A stretch of DNA of 64,000 nucleotides from Dehalococcoidia bacterium (GTDB lineage Bacteria; Chloroflexota; Dehalococcoidia; UBA2979). The position numbers and the translations under genes are program-made. Positions 62,401-64,000 of the stretch are shown in pieces (the stretch's first letter is position 1; the number at the start of each line of letters is the position of its first letter). Below the pieces are notes generated by a model. The model ran no database searches, had not been told where the DNA came from, and was given only the letters and a program-made list of their open reading frames with translations. The DNA lies in the NCBI GenBank assembly GCA_045562675.1, contig JBJKVL010000001.1:55662-119661 (forward strand). Direction: 5' to 3'.

Positions 62401-63799
62401 TTCTGCTGCAAAAGTATTTAATAAAGAAACCAATGATTTAATACTTGATGAAAATATTGAAATTACCAATGAAGTTATTGCTATTTTAAACGAAGCAAAT
62501 ATTAAGAATATCAAAGTACGTTCTCCTCTTACATGTAGAACTCAAAAAGGGCTTTGCCAAAAATGTTATGGCATCTCATTAGCGACAGGTAAGTTAGTAG
62601 AATTAGGAGTAGCAATTGGAATTATTGCTGCACAATCAATTGGTGAACCTGGTACTCAATTAACAATGCGTACGTTCCATACAGGAGGTGTAGCAGGAGG
62701 ATTTGATATCACTTCAGGACTTCCGCGTGTTGAAGAAATTTTTGAAGCAAGAAAACCTAAGGGCCAAGCTGTTCTTGCAGGTATTGATGGAAAAATAAAT
62801 CTCAATCAAGAGGACGGACTTAGGTCAATAAAAATTATTAATAACGACGAATTTTCTTATGAATATGAATTGTCATCAAGTTTTAATTTATTGATTAGCA
62901 ATAATGAAGAAATAGTTGCTGGACAGGCCATTGCAGAAATTAATACTGAAGAAGTTAGTAGTAATGAAACTGCCTTATTAACTACAAATGGAAAAAATGT
63001 AGAAGCAAAATATCCTGGTAAAGCTAAAATAGTCAATGAGTCTAATGGTAATAAAACAATCGTTATTGCAACAAATAAGACAATTGAGGATGAATATAAA
63101 ATTCCTGCTAATGCAAGAATACTGGTAGAATCAAAAGCATTTGTACAAGCAGGCTCACAATTAACTGAAGGTGCAATAGATCCTCAAGAAATACTTAGTA
63201 TTAGAGGACCTGAAGCAGTTCAATTATATTTAGTTGATGAAGTGCAAAGTGTTTACAAATCTCAAGGAGTTAATATTAATGATATACACATTGAGGTAAT
63301 TGTAAGACAAATGATGCGAAAAGTAAAAGTTCAAGATCCTGGAGATAGCAACTTATTACCTAATGAGCTAGCTGATAAATGGAATTTCGAAAAAATGAAT
63401 ACTGATATAGCAGTTGCAGGAGGGAAACCAGCTACAGCTATTCCAGTATTAATGGGCGTAACAAAAGCATCTCTTTCTACAGAATCATTCTTAGCGGCTG
63501 CTTCATTCCAAGAAACAACTAGAGTATTAACTGAAGCTGCAATATCAGGAGCAGTAGATCCTTTATATGGGCTAAAAGAAAACGTAATTATTGGTAAATT
63601 AATTCCTGCAAAAGCAGAAATAACAGTTGAAATTCCTGAACAAATTCCTGAAATGCAATTACCAGAATCAATAATGCTCCCTTTCATGTTTGAATTCGAA
63701 AAAGAAAATCTTGAAAAAATTGATGACTCTGAGGAAAGAGATATAGAGGAAAAAGTTGCCTCAATTCCAGAAAGATTTGTTGCATCACCTGAAGAATAA
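59420..63799 (+). CDS. rpoC: DNA-directed RNA polymerase subunit beta'
   Basis: PETINYRT, Zn finger, [41 protein letters not shown]. Confidence 0.99.
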   Translation: MEEQGRFSAIRLALASTEQVKSWSHGEVVRPETINYRTLRPEKDGLFCEKIFGPVKDFDCGCGKYKGVRYKGIKCDKCGVEVTRSKVRRERMGHLELAAPVAHIWFSKGVPSRLSLILDIPPKSLDKILYFSHYVITEINEEAKEQAIKLLNQDIEKELRVLSADDMQLMDIREQALADEINKEKELLNNTMNELEKDKSEQINNLIALAQEEEKKLQENSNGKLPKQLKIGKTVIAKRGELINPKLIEKLKKETEKNIELVEKAVDKNIAKIEKASEKAQVKLTNAANKELLPVKKRVDASRANLSEEFSRYQKWLEDLEDPVKADKLTILSETEFRDYEEKFGLVFKAGMGAEAIKSILERVHLDQLSLKLASEISHDSFHKQQKSAKRLRLIESMRKSNNKPEWMIMEVLPILPPDLRPMVQLDGGRFATSDLNDLYRRVINRNNRLKRLIGLGAPEIIVRNEKRMLQESVDSLIDNGRRGKPISGTGSHKLKSLSDLIKGKQGRFRQNLLGKRVDYSGRSVIIVGPNLRLEQCGIPKKMALELFKPFVMHNLFKLGYAQNIKSAKRIVERGDKEVWDVLEEVIKARPVLLNRAPTLHRLGIQAFEPILVEGNAIQLHPLVCFAYNADFDGDQMAVHVPLSYPAVAEARQIMLSSKNLLAPSDGGPVVAPTLDMVLGCYYMTFLEKEIDPKANTDKLQSFGKLEDVITFYELDHLKLHDLVRLRVNGGFITTTVGRVIFNDILPEGISFKNQAMDKSALRDLVYEVYKKFGNEITAKLVDDIKDLGFKFATKSGTTISSSDINVPLEKINLMNEADKKVEEMEEQFQLGLVTDDEKYASAIEIWSKVSDDMGLILNKSLEPKGPLAMMSNSGAKGNIAQIRQMAGLRGLMSDPTGKIIDLPIRSSFKEGLSVLEYFISTHGARKGLADTALRTADSGYLTRRMIDVAQDIIITNEDCYNSEGTIPGISKFDTSDNENGLGAPLSERIIGRFSAAKVFNKETNDLILDENIEITNEVIAILNEANIKNIKVRSPLTCRTQKGLCQKCYGISLATGKLVELGVAIGIIAAQSIGEPGTQLTMRTFHTGGVAGGFDITSGLPRVEEIFEARKPKGQAVLAGIDGKINLNQEDGLRSIKIINNDEFSYEYELSSSFNLLISNNEEIVAGQAIAEINTEEVSSNETALLTTNGKNVEAKYPGKAKIVNESNGNKTIVIATNKTIEDEYKIPANARILVESKAFVQAGSQLTEGAIDPQEILSIRGPEAVQLYLVDEVQSVYKSQGVNINDIHIEVIVRQMMRKVKVQDPGDSNLLPNELADKWNFEKMNTDIAVAGGKPATAIPVLMGVTKASLSTESFLAAASFQETTRVLTEAAISGAVDPLYGLKENVIIGKLIPAKAEITVEIPEQIPEMQLPESIMLPFMFEFEKENLEKIDDSEERDIEEKVASIPERFVASPEE

Positions 63800-63824
63800 A
63801 TCAGGAGAAAGACTAAGATCTACT

Positions 63825-64000
63825 GTGAATAATATAGTAGCAATCATTCTCGGCGCAGGGCAATCAAATAGAATGCATGGCATAGATAAAATTTTGCACG
63901 AAATCAATAAACAGCCAATTATTTTATTTTCTTTAAAACAATTTTTATCTTTTCAAGAAATTAATAAAATTATTGTAGTAAGTAATATCAATAATAATGA
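63825..64000 (+). CDS. ispD: 2-C-methyl-D-erythritol 4-phosphate cytidylyltransferase-like protein (5' part, runs off window end)
   Basis: Manual translation from GTG: VNNIVAIILGAGQSNRMHGIDKILHEINKQPIILFSLKQFLSFQEINKIIVV. Confidence 0.7.
   Translation, partial: MNNIVAIILGAGQSNRMHGIDKILHEINKQPIILFSLKQFLSFQEINKIIVVSNINNN

Overview
AT-rich (roughly 30% GC by eye), tightly packed bacterial core-chromosome segment. It is most consistent with a streamlined Chloroflexota (Dehalococcoidia/SAR202-like) genome; this is an inference from the RpoB/RpoC insertions, the 11-subunit complex I, the class V FBP aldolase/phosphatase and rpoBC detached from the rpl cluster. Gene order: prs (partial), acyl-CoA dehydrogenase, alpha/beta-fold protein, degenerate ABC pair, GlnR-like regulator + two glutamine synthetases, nuoABCDHIJKLMN (no nuoEFG), valS, bioY, rpmH-rnpA-yidD-yidC-jag-parA-parB (consensus parS inside yidD, no dnaA), holB, lysA, mutY-like, CIRCE-groES-groEL, frameshifted tsaD, moaAC, rdgB, fbp + DUF1122, folC, scpB, rpsT, murJ, type-2 ileS, proBA, rpoBC, ispD (partial). 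I saw no tRNA/rRNA, CRISPR, phage or transposase. No clearly novel multi-gene system stands out. Best leads: (i) an actinobacterial-style nitrogen module (Asp-less GlnR-like regulator, AC-n9-AC box, canonical GS plus a GS paralog lacking a conserved Arg); (ii) a terminator-like structured leader before rpoB; (iii) a GIHH-motif IleRS2; (iv) a PP2C-like/TM/beta-propeller receptor-like protein; (v) several enzymes with substituted catalytic residues.
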